This document shows, piece after piece, positions 19,058-27,777 of a DNA stretch of 53,799 bases. The notes under the pieces were generated by a model. That model saw only the letters and a list, made by a program, of their open reading frames with translations. It ran no database searches and had not been told where the DNA came from. This DNA is from a virus (taxonomy: Duplodnaviria > Caudoviricetes): IMG/VR virus record IMGVR_UViG_3300042988_002859, positions 1-53,799 of that record; one strand, given 5' to 3'. Positions within the stretch are counted from its first letter, which is position 1. Each line of letters opens with the position of its first letter. Both the position numbers and the translations under genes were made by a program.

Positions 19058-19551
19058 TAAGAAATTTTCGGCTGATGCTTGACAGCCCAGCTATGCAGAG
19101 CCCCAGGGCTTCGCGTCCATGGCCGCCACAGACCCAATGCTGCAGCGATGGCCTCGCTGCAGAAATAAGCGCGATCACGCTGGATGTGCGCCCACACCAC
19201 CCGCAGCCACGGCATCAGCGTGAACAGCCACACTGCCACCAACCCGGGGCGATCAAACGGCTTGCCCTCGTTCTGCGAGAACCACTGATAGCCCGCCGCA
19301 ATCACGTCTGGGTGTACGCCCGACAAGGGCACTAGATCCCACCGGCTGGGGTCGAGCGCGATCCACTTCATTCGCACGCCACCATCGCGGTCACTGCTGG
19401 ACCAGCAACAACGTCGGCCTTTGGCATCGGGTGGGCCAAAAACCAGCTCGTTGTGGCTGTAGCGGCTGAAAGTGCCGATGCACACCAAGATGTGAAAAAG
19501 CCACGGCAGAAAACCGCCGTTGGGTTTTTTGTAGCTTGCGATGTAGATCAT
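19057..19551 (-). CDS. Permuted papain-like (YiiX/YaeF, NlpC/P60) amidase
   Basis: YSHNEL (His) precedes YFCSE (Cys), the permuted catalytic order. Confidence 0.75.
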   Translation of the reverse strand: MIYIASYKKPNGGFLPWLFHILVCIGTFSRYSHNELVFGPPDAKGRRCCWSSSDRDGGVRMKWIALDPSRWDLVPLSGVHPDVIAAGYQWFSQNEGKPFDRPGLVAVWLFTLMPWLRVVWAHIQRDRAYFCSEAIAAALGLWRPWTRSPGALHSWAVKHQPKIS

Positions 19552-19619
19552 GGGTCGCCTCTGCTTTTGTTAAATGCCTCGCACACGGTGACGACTGCTG
19601 GCGCCACCGTGGCGGAACA

Positions 19620-20846
19620 TCAGTTCTTTGATTTGTTGACGTCACCGGTCAGCGCGAATCGGCAGGCCTTTTCTTCGCTGTCGGTGGTGCAAACGACAAC
19701 AGAAGAAATGGCCTCGGACGCAAAGGGAACATCACCCATCGACCACGAATCGCCCAAATCACTGTGCGCAATGGTCTTGTAAGTGCCCGACACCGATACC
19801 GCCGCCGCCGTGAAGAACATCGTGGACTTCGGCGGTACCGTGTGCCAAATTTTGGAATTCTTTTGCTGAGCGTCTGCGGTCGCCAAAGACATCTTGCCCG
19901 AGATGTCTACGATAACCAGCTTGAATGCCGCCGACGCCTCTGCGGTCGTGGTGCTGGTGTGGGTGACAAACCGCTCAATGTGCAAATCCTGTTCAATCGG
20001 CGTGAAATTGGTATATGCCGTGATCTGCGCACTTGCCAGGGGGCTCTCAAACGGGATCACCCGGTAGGACAAGTCTTTGCCCACGACGAGCTTGGGCACA
20101 TCAACCTCCGTCTTGAACTCTTTGATGTAGATCGGCTTGCCGTCCTTATCCCTGTAGTCCTGCTTGGCGAAGTTGTTGGCCAACTCCATGAGCTGCGAGG
20201 GTGTCGATGCGTGACCATTGCTGATCACCCATCGGTCGGTGGCAGACCCTGTTTTTTGACACAGCTCAGCCGCCAAGTGCCCTGACGCATCCGGGCCGGT
20301 CTTTGGTGTGACGTGCGTGGACAAGCAAATGCTGGGTTCGTCCACACTCCGAATGACGTAGGTCTGCTTGCCTGCGCTTGCCCCTTGCTTGACGATCACA
20401 CTGGGTTGCAAAAAGAACTGCTGCCCCTCCGCGCTAGAGTTGCATTTTTTGGTGACCGCGAGTCGCAGCGGATCACCAGACGAGTCCGTTGGATCGTTGA
20501 CGGATGTTTTTGGGATGGTCAGACACAAGGTTTGGTCCCAATCCATGCGGATTGCGAAGCGCCCATCAGCCATCGCGGTAAACCGCCACCACCGCTGCGA
20601 AATGTCTTTAGATGCGTAGTAATTGCCGACGCGAATGTTTTCACGAGGCTGCAGTGCTGCGGCGGCAATAGACAACGATTCCTTCACGTCAATGCTTGCC
20701 AAGCTCTGGATGATCAATCCACCAAGCGCACTTTGCTTCATGTACTCAGTGCTTGCTAGCTTGCTGGTTTTTGGCACCTGGGCCAGCACACTGGAGCACA
20801 GCACCAGCGACAAAATAACCGCGATTGCAGATACGAATTTCTTCAT
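19620..20846 (-). CDS. Secreted ricin-B lectin plus putative aerolysin/ETX-MTX2-like beta-pore-forming domain protein (moron)
   Basis: Sec signal MKKFVSAIAVILSLVLCSSVLA; QRW/CL/QQF/CL/DRW beta-trefoil pattern; NFT..EQ, Ser/Thr-rich alternating segment, VPPKS. Confidence 0.7.
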   Translation of the reverse strand: MKKFVSAIAVILSLVLCSSVLAQVPKTSKLASTEYMKQSALGGLIIQSLASIDVKESLSIAAAALQPRENIRVGNYYASKDISQRWWRFTAMADGRFAIRMDWDQTLCLTIPKTSVNDPTDSSGDPLRLAVTKKCNSSAEGQQFFLQPSVIVKQGASAGKQTYVIRSVDEPSICLSTHVTPKTGPDASGHLAAELCQKTGSATDRWVISNGHASTPSQLMELANNFAKQDYRDKDGKPIYIKEFKTEVDVPKLVVGKDLSYRVIPFESPLASAQITAYTNFTPIEQDLHIERFVTHTSTTTAEASAAFKLVIVDISGKMSLATADAQQKNSKIWHTVPPKSTMFFTAAAVSVSGTYKTIAHSDLGDSWSMGDVPFASEAISSVVVCTTDSEEKACRFALTGDVNKSKN

Positions 20847-20886
20847 GGCTTCACCTCTTGGTTTAAGTTGATTGCTTGCATTGCGA

Positions 20887-21279
20887 TCACTCGGACCGCA
20901 CTGTGTGCACTTGCGGCACAACAAACACGGTCGAGCCTTCGAGCACCTTCGTGCTCATGATTTGCCCACTGGCGTTGACTGCGGTCACCTCGTGCAGTTC
21001 TCTCCCGTTGGAGCCTCCGACCAGCACGTCAAACAGTTGACCCACCTTGGCCAAACCAGAGACGTTGCGCAGGCTGGAAAGCGAACTCACGATCTGCGGG
21101 CGCTGTGCGGTCTTTGGGCAGATACCCTGCAGCACGCCGGCCACCAGCGCGTCGAGCGCGTGGCGCAGCTCGGCAATGCCTTGCCCTTGCGCGCTCACCT
21201 GGCTCTCCAGATCGCGAATGCGCTGGCGCTCCTGCAGTCGCCGCTCTAGGCGGTCGATCAAAATTTCTTCTTGGTCCAT
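20887..21279 (-). CDS. Hypothetical protein with N-terminal coiled coil
   Basis: 130 aa, AGGAGG RBS. Confidence 0.7.
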   Translation of the reverse strand: MDQEEILIDRLERRLQERQRIRDLESQVSAQGQGIAELRHALDALVAGVLQGICPKTAQRPQIVSSLSSLRNVSGLAKVGQLFDVLVGGSNGRELHEVTAVNASGQIMSTKVLEGSTVFVVPQVHTVRSE

Positions 21280-21344
21280 GGCTGGCCTCCTGCTTCAAAA
21301 AGGCCGGGTGTTGTGCCCGGCCTTGCCTCATGTCAGCGGATGGA

Positions 21345-21683
21345 TCACGCTTGCTGCATGTTCGAGCCGCTCTGGTCCACGTCGGCGGTACCGTTGTCGT
21401 CGGCGTCGGTGGTGTCGGCGCCATCGGCTTGGCCGGTGATCGCGGTGAACACGGCGGCAATGTCGGTGTCGTGGCCGTTGAGGCGCAGTTCCGCGGCATC
21501 GGCGCGCGACTCGGTGGTCGACACGCGACCGGTCAGGGTTGCCAGATCGTTTTGCAGCGATGCAATCGCAGCGGTCTGGGCCGTGTTCTGGGTGGCCAGC
21601 AGGTTGATACCAGCAGCCACGGTGTTGCCGGCGCGGCCAGCGCGTGCGATCAGGGAGTCGCGTTGTTCTTGGGTCAGGGACAT
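21345..21683 (-). CDS. Hypothetical coiled-coil (fibre-like) protein with acidic tail
   Basis: MSLTQEQ start with GGAG RBS; heptads IASLQNDLATLTGRV; DADDNGTAD. Confidence 0.7.
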   Translation of the reverse strand: MSLTQEQRDSLIARAGRAGNTVAAGINLLATQNTAQTAAIASLQNDLATLTGRVSTTESRADAAELRLNGHDTDIAAVFTAITGQADGADTTDADDNGTADVDQSGSNMQQA

Positions 21684-21786
21684 GAAATTCTCCAAAAGGT
21701 CAAAAAAAGAAAGGGGGGAAAAACTCGCTCAGGGTTGGTGTTGGCCCACCCCTGCTAGGGTGGGTGCAGGACAAAAATGAAGGGCA

Positions 21787-22278
21787 TCAAAAAAACCCAT
21801 ACAACTGGAAGTCTGAAATGCCGGGGTGTTCGCCCTCGGCGCTGATGCCATCGACCCGCAGGCGCACGCCAGCGCAGCGCAGGGGCCCGATGTGGATGGA
21901 CACCCGCCCGTCCGTCTCGGTCTTGTTCTGCGATGGCTGCACCCACAGCAAATCACCACCCGTGCGGTGCGCCACCTCGGCGCTGCACTGTGTGACCGTG
22001 GCCGCGCCATCGGCTCGGCGGTGGGCAAATTCGAGGCGGTCAACGCTCACGGTACCGGCGCGCAGCACGGCACCGATGTGCCATGAGCCCGTGGGCCGCG
22101 CGTCGGCGGTGGCAAATTCATGCCCGGCGCCGGCAAACGCACCCCAGAGCGTGCGGTAGGGGTACACCGGGTTGAGCGCCTCGCCATAGCTCTGCACGTT
22201 GCACAGCAATTCCCACGGCCCCGACGTGTCGGGCGTGTCTTCGCCCTGCGTGCCGGTGATGCCATGAATGAGTGGCAT
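21787..22278 (-). CDS. Hypothetical beta-sandwich protein, possibly discoidin/galactose-binding-like
   Basis: VRLRV...ISDFQLYG C-terminus; start uncertain (22278 or 22317). Confidence 0.5.
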   Translation of the reverse strand: MPLIHGITGTQGEDTPDTSGPWELLCNVQSYGEALNPVYPYRTLWGAFAGAGHEFATADARPTGSWHIGAVLRAGTVSVDRLEFAHRRADGAATVTQCSAEVAHRTGGDLLWVQPSQNKTETDGRVSIHIGPLRCAGVRLRVDGISAEGEHPGISDFQLYGFF

Positions 22279-22321
22279 GGGCCGCTGACGAAAAGACCAA
22301 ACGAGTGGAGGCGCCATGTCG

Positions 22322-24550
22322 TCAGGCTTTCTTGTAGCGAAACGATGCGAGAAACGCCTGACTGGTGTAGGCAGCTGATAGCTGGTAGTAGTCGCTGCGG
22401 ACTTTGTCCCAGCCGTGTCCCAGCATGCCGGCCATGGCAATAAAAAACCGCACACCGTCGTAGGCATAGACGTTGGTCGGCCTGATGATGCCGTCGCTGC
22501 GCACCGCCACTCCGCTGCTACCGGGGATCATGCGCATAATCTCCGCCACACCACTGACCGAGTTCGGCACCAGTGTTATGGGGCGATGCCGAGTCAGATC
22601 CATTGGAGGCGCTCCGGTGGGCAGATGAAACATGTAGACACCCAGCCCAGGGCTCGCGCCAGCCATGGAAGACTCATACACCAGCTGCATCGTCACATCG
22701 CACCAGCCCGAGCCATCATCGATCACAGTGATGTTGTCGATTGTTGGGTTTGCGGGTTTTGTCGGTGCGGTTGTTGTGGCCGAGATCACCACCGGCCCAC
22801 CGTACACCGTCATGGGGTTTGAGGCTGGGCCGCTTGTGATGGCGTGCACCGTTGCCCAAAACCCAGGTGCGCGCGTCATGTCACTGTTGACACCGGCAGG
22901 GATGTTGACGCCCTGGATCAGCCGCAGCGAGACCACCGTTGTGACTGCAGCCGGCACCACCGCCGTGGCCGCGCCTCCTGCAGCGTTATTTGCAGCCGCG
23001 TCGCCAGGTGAGTAATACCCCGCAGGGTTGCCAATCCACTGCTGGGTTGTTTCGTTGTACCAGCCGTACTGCGGGCGCGACAGGGCCTGCGTACCGCCGA
23101 TGGCGCCAGCCAGCTCGTAGACCCGGCCGGCCTCCAGTGTGATGAGGCCGCTTGAGGTGTTGAGCGCAATGCCGGTACCGGCTCGATAGTCCTCTGCTGT
23201 AAAAATAACCCGATCCAGCGTCTGCAATGTCTGCTGCGTACTGCGGCTGAGTCTGGCGTAGGTGAGCACGTCGGTACCCGACGAGCCCGAACCCGAGCCA
23301 GAACCCACCTCAGACCAGTAGCCGCCCGTCTTGTAATAGGTCTTGCCGTTGGGACCAAACACAGTAGATGGCGCCCATGCGTACTTCTTGTGCAAGCCCA
23401 TGACGCCAAAAGTCAGCCGATAAACAAGGTCGCCCATCGCCGGGTTGCCGTTGACGCTTGTTGCGCCGAAGAACCCAATCACATACAGGCCGTTGGCAGA
23501 TGCCGATGTGTCGGCCAGTGCGGCATTGAGCTGCACCTGGTTGTCCAAAAACGCAATGACCGGCAGATCATCGGTGTGAATCAATGTCCCGGCGTTGTTG
23601 GCCACCAGCAGGTCTTTGCAATCGGTGACCACCACGGTCCAGCCGGTGCCGATGCGAATTCTCACCGACGATGTGCGCGTGATGTACAGCGTGGCCGTGC
23701 CGCCAGAACTCAAGTTTTCCAGCACGATATTGCTGCCCGCCGTGCTGGTGAGGTCGCAGTCGCTGATGATGGCAAAGCCACGCGCCGAGGCTGCACCAAG
23801 GAAAGCAAAAGCATCGACCCCGCCGATGTTCTGGAACTGGTGCCCGCCCGTGGTGTCGGACCAAATTAGGGTGCTACCGTAATTGATATCGCGCATGCGA
23901 AATCGCGCAGCGGTCAAGGTCAGGGCGTCTTGTAGCGTGCACTGGTTCGAGCCGTTGGCACCTTTGCCGACAACAAGCAGGTTTTGCTTTGTCACCGTCT
24001 GAACGGCACCACGAACCCCATAAGTACCCGGAGCCATCTCAATCGTGCCAGGCTGGGCCACGACTGCCAGCGCCCCGGCGAAGGTCTTTTTGGGGCGCAG
24101 CAAAGTCCCCGACTGGGCATCCGATCCCGTGGAGCTGGCTGCATGGACGTGTGCGGCGTCAAAAACATCACCCAGAGCCGCTTGCTTGCCCCACACCTTT
24201 GCACCCAAGGGTGTCTGAGCCACCAACAAGCGGTCGCCGACGATCCAGCTTTGGCCGTAGCGCGTGCCTGCCGTGGTCGTTTCGTAGTAGCCGCCAATGG
24301 GCTCGGTGGTGGGTGTGGCACCCAAAGTGGCGCCGCTCGTGGCCACCGCTGTGGCGGCGTTCCACTGGCCCATCTGAGTGAGGCCTGCAGCGGCCTTGGA
24401 GATTATGGATGCCGCAAACTGGTCGGGTGTGTATCCAGGGTCTGCGGCGTCGCCGCTGGCGTCAAACACCAGAATGTTCCCCTCGGAGAACTGCTCAGGT
24501 GCTGCCACCAAGCCAGCGGTACCGGCTGCTGGGTATTGCAAGATGGTCAA
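22322..24550 (-). CDS. Tail spike/fibre with probable beta-helix and C-terminal binding domains
   Basis: 742 aa; HAASSTGSD..GTLLRPKKTF..APGTY beta-helix cap motif; GSGSGSSG linker. Confidence 0.75.
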   Translation of the reverse strand: MTILQYPAAGTAGLVAAPEQFSEGNILVFDASGDAADPGYTPDQFAASIISKAAAGLTQMGQWNAATAVATSGATLGATPTTEPIGGYYETTTAGTRYGQSWIVGDRLLVAQTPLGAKVWGKQAALGDVFDAAHVHAASSTGSDAQSGTLLRPKKTFAGALAVVAQPGTIEMAPGTYGVRGAVQTVTKQNLLVVGKGANGSNQCTLQDALTLTAARFRMRDINYGSTLIWSDTTGGHQFQNIGGVDAFAFLGAASARGFAIISDCDLTSTAGSNIVLENLSSGGTATLYITRTSSVRIRIGTGWTVVVTDCKDLLVANNAGTLIHTDDLPVIAFLDNQVQLNAALADTSASANGLYVIGFFGATSVNGNPAMGDLVYRLTFGVMGLHKKYAWAPSTVFGPNGKTYYKTGGYWSEVGSGSGSGSSGTDVLTYARLSRSTQQTLQTLDRVIFTAEDYRAGTGIALNTSSGLITLEAGRVYELAGAIGGTQALSRPQYGWYNETTQQWIGNPAGYYSPGDAAANNAAGGAATAVVPAAVTTVVSLRLIQGVNIPAGVNSDMTRAPGFWATVHAITSGPASNPMTVYGGPVVISATTTAPTKPANPTIDNITVIDDGSGWCDVTMQLVYESSMAGASPGLGVYMFHLPTGAPPMDLTRHRPITLVPNSVSGVAEIMRMIPGSSGVAVRSDGIIRPTNVYAYDGVRFFIAMAGMLGHGWDKVRSDYYQLSAAYTSQAFLASFRYKKA

Positions 24551-24558
24551 AGCTCACC

Positions 24559-24981
24559 TCACCGGATGATGGCGTAGTCAACGGTCACGCCAACAGGCGC
24601 CATGATCGTCATGGCCTCCAGCTTGTACCCTTGAGGTGCGCGCAGGTTGAGCACCGAACCATCAATGTTCGTGACGGGCTTGATGTTTGCCTCGTCAGGC
24701 GCCATGGATGGCGTCGTGATCGTCGCGTTTTGGCTGCCAGTATTGGCCAGCGACACCTCAAGTGCACCGGCCGGGATTTGCAAGTACTGCAAGCCGGCTG
24801 CGCTCGTGAAGGTGCCAACGAACACCGTGGCGGTCTGGGTCGTGGGTGTGGAGGTGCCGCCGCCAAGTTGAGTGGGGTTGCCATCGGCATCCACGAGATG
24901 CGTCTTTACTGCACCCGATGGCGTAAGTTGGACGAACTTGGTTTCGCCATCCGCTGTGCGGCCTTGCATGGGATATGACAT
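24559..24981 (-). CDS. Hypothetical virion-associated protein
   Basis: 140 aa beta-rich, AAGGA RBS, precedes the spike gene. Confidence 0.65.
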   Translation of the reverse strand: MSYPMQGRTADGETKFVQLTPSGAVKTHLVDADGNPTQLGGGTSTPTTQTATVFVGTFTSAAGLQYLQIPAGALEVSLANTGSQNATITTPSMAPDEANIKPVTNIDGSVLNLRAPQGYKLEAMTIMAPVGVTVDYAIIR

Positions 24982-24998
24982 GGGTCAATTTCCTTGAT

Positions 24999-25601
24999 TC
25001 AAAAAAACTCGGCTACACGCTTCTGCGCGGTTTCGCTGCTGCCCATGCTTTTCTTCACTTTCGCGGTCCTCACGGCTTCGTCAAACTTCGCGCCGTGCAA
25101 CACCACCATGTCAGCACTGGTGAAGGCCTGAGCGGGTAGTGCGGCAATTCGCGCCACCGCACCACTGGCAATGCCATCGCGCCACTCATTGAGGTCTTCG
25201 CTGATGACATTGGCGGCCATTGCTGGGCGCAGCGTGACCACCACGCGAATCGACGCACCAGCGGCGGGTTCTGGGTTGATGGCGATCTCGCCATCACTCA
25301 CCACGCAATAAAAACGCTCTAGGCTTCCCGTGTTGAGAAGCGCCAAGCCCGACTGTCTGGTCTTGTTGTGCACCTCTAGGCCATCGACGTAGACCCTGGA
25401 GATGCTGGCGACTTCTAGCCCTGCATCGGGTTGCAGCACAAACCTACCGGGGTCAGCATCCACGACAGCGCACTCGTCTTCGTGCCATCGCGTCTTGTTG
25501 CAAAACTCAATGGCAGAGAGTCGAATGTGGTGATTCATCACCGGGATCGGACACCCCATGACACTGGGCAGCACATAGGGGTGAAGTGCGTCTATGTTCA
25601 C
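24999..25601 (-). CDS. Head-tail connector/tail tubular A-like protein
   Basis: PYVLPSVMGCP..AIEFC..T.W, INPEP, IASGAVARI motifs; position after head genes. Confidence 0.7.
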   Translation of the reverse strand: MNIDALHPYVLPSVMGCPIPVMNHHIRLSAIEFCNKTRWHEDECAVVDADPGRFVLQPDAGLEVASISRVYVDGLEVHNKTRQSGLALLNTGSLERFYCVVSDGEIAINPEPAAGASIRVVVTLRPAMAANVISEDLNEWRDGIASGAVARIAALPAQAFTSADMVVLHGAKFDEAVRTAKVKKSMGSSETAQKRVAEFF

Positions 25602-25903
25602 GCCGCGCTTTCTTGAAATTCCTGCCAGTCTTGCGTGGCCTTGTTGGTCTGGGCGTACTTGATCTGCTGACGCAACCGATCAAGGCTCATGGCCATCATT
25701 TGGCACACCAACATGCCGTAGCTTTGCCCGAGCTGCACCAGCGCTTTGCGCCCGACAATCTTGTCGGCGTTGGCGCGGTCGCACATGGGGTAGTCGGACA
25801 GCATGCGGCCATCGTCGCGCTCAACATCGGCAGAGCCGTTTTCAGGCTCCACCGATGTTGAGTCTTCGGGCGTGGCGTTCAGCTTCTTGCGGCCACGGGG
25901 CAT
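25598..25903 (-). CDS. Hypothetical protein
   Basis: 101 aa, tightly coupled to both neighbours. Confidence 0.65.
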   Translation of the reverse strand: MPRGRKKLNATPEDSTSVEPENGSADVERDDGRMLSDYPMCDRANADKIVGRKALVQLGQSYGMLVCQMMAMSLDRLRQQIKYAQTNKATQDWQEFQESAA

Positions 25904-25904
25904 G

Positions 25905-26345
25905 TCAGGCGCTCGCCAGGGTCAAGGCCACGGTGATCTTTTTGCCCGCCGTGGGGTTGGCGCCCGTGAACTTGATGCCGAAGCCCACCGCATTCTCAGC
26001 GGGGGTAACGGCGGCCAGGTTCTTGGTGGGGGCCGCAGCCATGCCAGCGGTGGCAATCGCCAGGGCTGCGTAGAACTCGTTGCCGCAGGTTCGGGTGTTC
26101 AGCGCTTCGCCGTAGTTGCCGCTCAACAGGCCTACATCAGCGGTGCAACCAATGCCCACGCCATCTTGGAACACATGCACGTCGATAACGCGCGATGCGT
26201 GCGGGATGGCGCCCAGCTCCGCCACGTCGTTGACCACCACGCCCGCAGGCACGGTGAAATCGGCGGCGATGATGCAGGCGTTGGTGCCGCCCATCAGGGT
26301 CTTGACCTTGCCGTACTTGGCGTCTTGGGTTTGAAACAGAGGCAT
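25905..26345 (-). CDS. Capsid decoration/minor head protein
   Basis: 146 aa Ala/Gly/Thr-rich, LGAIP...RVIDV; follows the capsid gene; AAGGAG RBS. Confidence 0.7.
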   Translation of the reverse strand: MPLFQTQDAKYGKVKTLMGGTNACIIAADFTVPAGVVVNDVAELGAIPHASRVIDVHVFQDGVGIGCTADVGLLSGNYGEALNTRTCGNEFYAALAIATAGMAAAPTKNLAAVTPAENAVGFGIKFTGANPTAGKKITVALTLASA

Positions 26346-26359
26346 GTCTGTGCTCCTTA

Positions 26360-27511
26360 TCAGTACTGGCCGTCAGCCGATGGGGTGAATGCGGTGTCGA
26401 TGGCAATCGACGCATGGCGCATGTCGTTGTATTTCACGGCCTGCACGTCGAAGACCGCCTTCATGTGGATCACGCGCTCAAGGCCACGGTCGTTGCTGTC
26501 TTCTTCCAGCTCGATAGCCAAGTTGTCTTTCAAGCCCTTGCGGCCTTGAGCGAAGGCAAACGCGCCAGCGCCCAACACCAGCGAACGAGCCGCAACCACA
26601 GAACCACCGGAGCCAAAGCCGTTGATGTAGGTACCGTAGGGGGTCTCGTCCACGACGAACTGGCCGTCATAGATACCGCCGCCGCCTTCAACGAACGGGC
26701 CAGCTTTCGGACCCATGAAGCGCACCAGCGACTGCTGCCACGACACCCAGCCGTTGTCGCCGATCTCATGCTTGAGGTCGGCCATCACTTCGGGTGGCAG
26801 GCAGACCACATAGCCCATCTTGCCGTTGCCGATGGCGGCTTTCTCAATGCGGCTGGCCTTGTTCTTGCCACCCCATTGCTTGGACAGCTTGACCTTGACG
26901 TGACGCATCACGGTTTCGAGCTTGAACTTGTTGGTACCGGCCAAGTTGGCCTGGGTGGCTGCGCCGTCGCCGCCGATGATGCGGTGCACGTCATCGAAGG
27001 GCACCAGGTCGTTGGCGATCTTCTTGAAATTGCCGTCGGAGTCGCGCACGTTGGTGAAGCCGTCCGAGATACCAACGGTGCCGGCAACATGGCAGTGCAC
27101 GAACTGCTCAAGGTACTCGCGGTACCAGTCGGCCAGCACTTCGCGGCCAATTTCACCCAACTGCTGACCGGTGCGCTGCTCGTCCATCAGGGAGCCGACG
27201 TTCACGCCTTCGCGCATCAGGCCGATCTTGATGGAGGTGGCGAACTGCGCCACGCGCTGCTCGGTACCTTCGAGTCGTTCGGTGCCAACACGGGGGGCGC
27301 CTTGAATCTTGGCGGTGATGAGGGTGGTTACCTCATCGCCAGCGCCTTTCTTCAGTTCGTCTCGCTTGACACCAACGGCTTTGGTGCCTTCGTTGCCCAT
27401 CATCTTGGCAAAGTACTGCTCGTTCTGACCCTGCTTGCCCACTTTCAAGGCCCAAGCCTTGCGAGCGGTCGGATCGGTCGGGAGCACGGGGGTGCTGTTT
27501 GGAGTGCCCAT
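26360..27511 (-). CDS. Major capsid protein (N4-gp56/DUF4043-like)
   Basis: ELKKGAGDEVT, RLEGTEQ, RSLVLGAGA, IAIDT motifs; follows the scaffold. Confidence 0.9.
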   Translation of the reverse strand: MGTPNSTPVLPTDPTARKAWALKVGKQGQNEQYFAKMMGNEGTKAVGVKRDELKKGAGDEVTTLITAKIQGAPRVGTERLEGTEQRVAQFATSIKIGLMREGVNVGSLMDEQRTGQQLGEIGREVLADWYREYLEQFVHCHVAGTVGISDGFTNVRDSDGNFKKIANDLVPFDDVHRIIGGDGAATQANLAGTNKFKLETVMRHVKVKLSKQWGGKNKASRIEKAAIGNGKMGYVVCLPPEVMADLKHEIGDNGWVSWQQSLVRFMGPKAGPFVEGGGGIYDGQFVVDETPYGTYINGFGSGGSVVAARSLVLGAGAFAFAQGRKGLKDNLAIELEEDSNDRGLERVIHMKAVFDVQAVKYNDMRHASIAIDTAFTPSADGQY

Positions 27512-27533
27512 GGAATATTCCTTGAAGTTCCAC

Positions 27534-27549
27534 GCTCACTCCTGCGAGC
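27534..27549 (-). promoter_or_regulatory. AGGA-loop hairpin in the capsid leader (candidate CsrA-type site)
   Basis: GCTCGC-AGGA-GTGAGC; 12-nt core identical to 28719-28730. Confidence 0.6.
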
Positions 27550-27570
27550 AAATAACGCTAAAGCCCAGCG

Positions 27571-27777
27571 TCAGGGCTTGGAAATGCGGACCACTCGCGG
27601 CGCCTCGATCTTGAAACGACTGGAGCGTCCGAATTTCGTTATGTGCGTCACTGTCACACGCAATGCATCGGAGTCAATGCCTTTTGCCAATTCCTCCAAA
27701 ATTTTTTTTGAAATCTCAAAGTGAATGGCTTGCCCCGGCTTGAGGTCGCACGTCAAGTGGCCAATTTCGTTGCTCAT
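27571..27777 (-). CDS. CsrA/RsmA-like small RNA-binding protein
   Basis: 68 aa; LTCDLKPGQAIHF ... VTVTHI..GRSSRFKIEAPRVVRI resembles CsrA LTRRVGE..VTVTV..GNQVRIGVNAPKEVSV, with an insertion; ATGA-coupled to the scaffold. Confidence 0.6.
   Translation of the reverse strand: MSNEIGHLTCDLKPGQAIHFEISKKILEELAKGIDSDALRVTVTHITKFGRSSRFKIEAPRVVRISKP
27650..27679 (-). promoter_or_regulatory. Putative late promoter for the major capsid, inside the CsrA-like gene
   Basis: CA-TTGACT-CCGA, 16-nt spacer, TGT-GACAGT-GA; same -10 region as the copy at 12975. Confidence 0.65.

Noticed and set aside
21744-21767. CCCACCC/GGGTGGG hairpin as a terminator
   Set aside because: No U tract directly after the stem on the coding strand
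13596-24550. Diversity-generating retroelement or invertible tail-fibre cassette
   Set aside because: No reverse transcriptase, invertase or template/variable repeat pair seen; a self dot-plot would confirm
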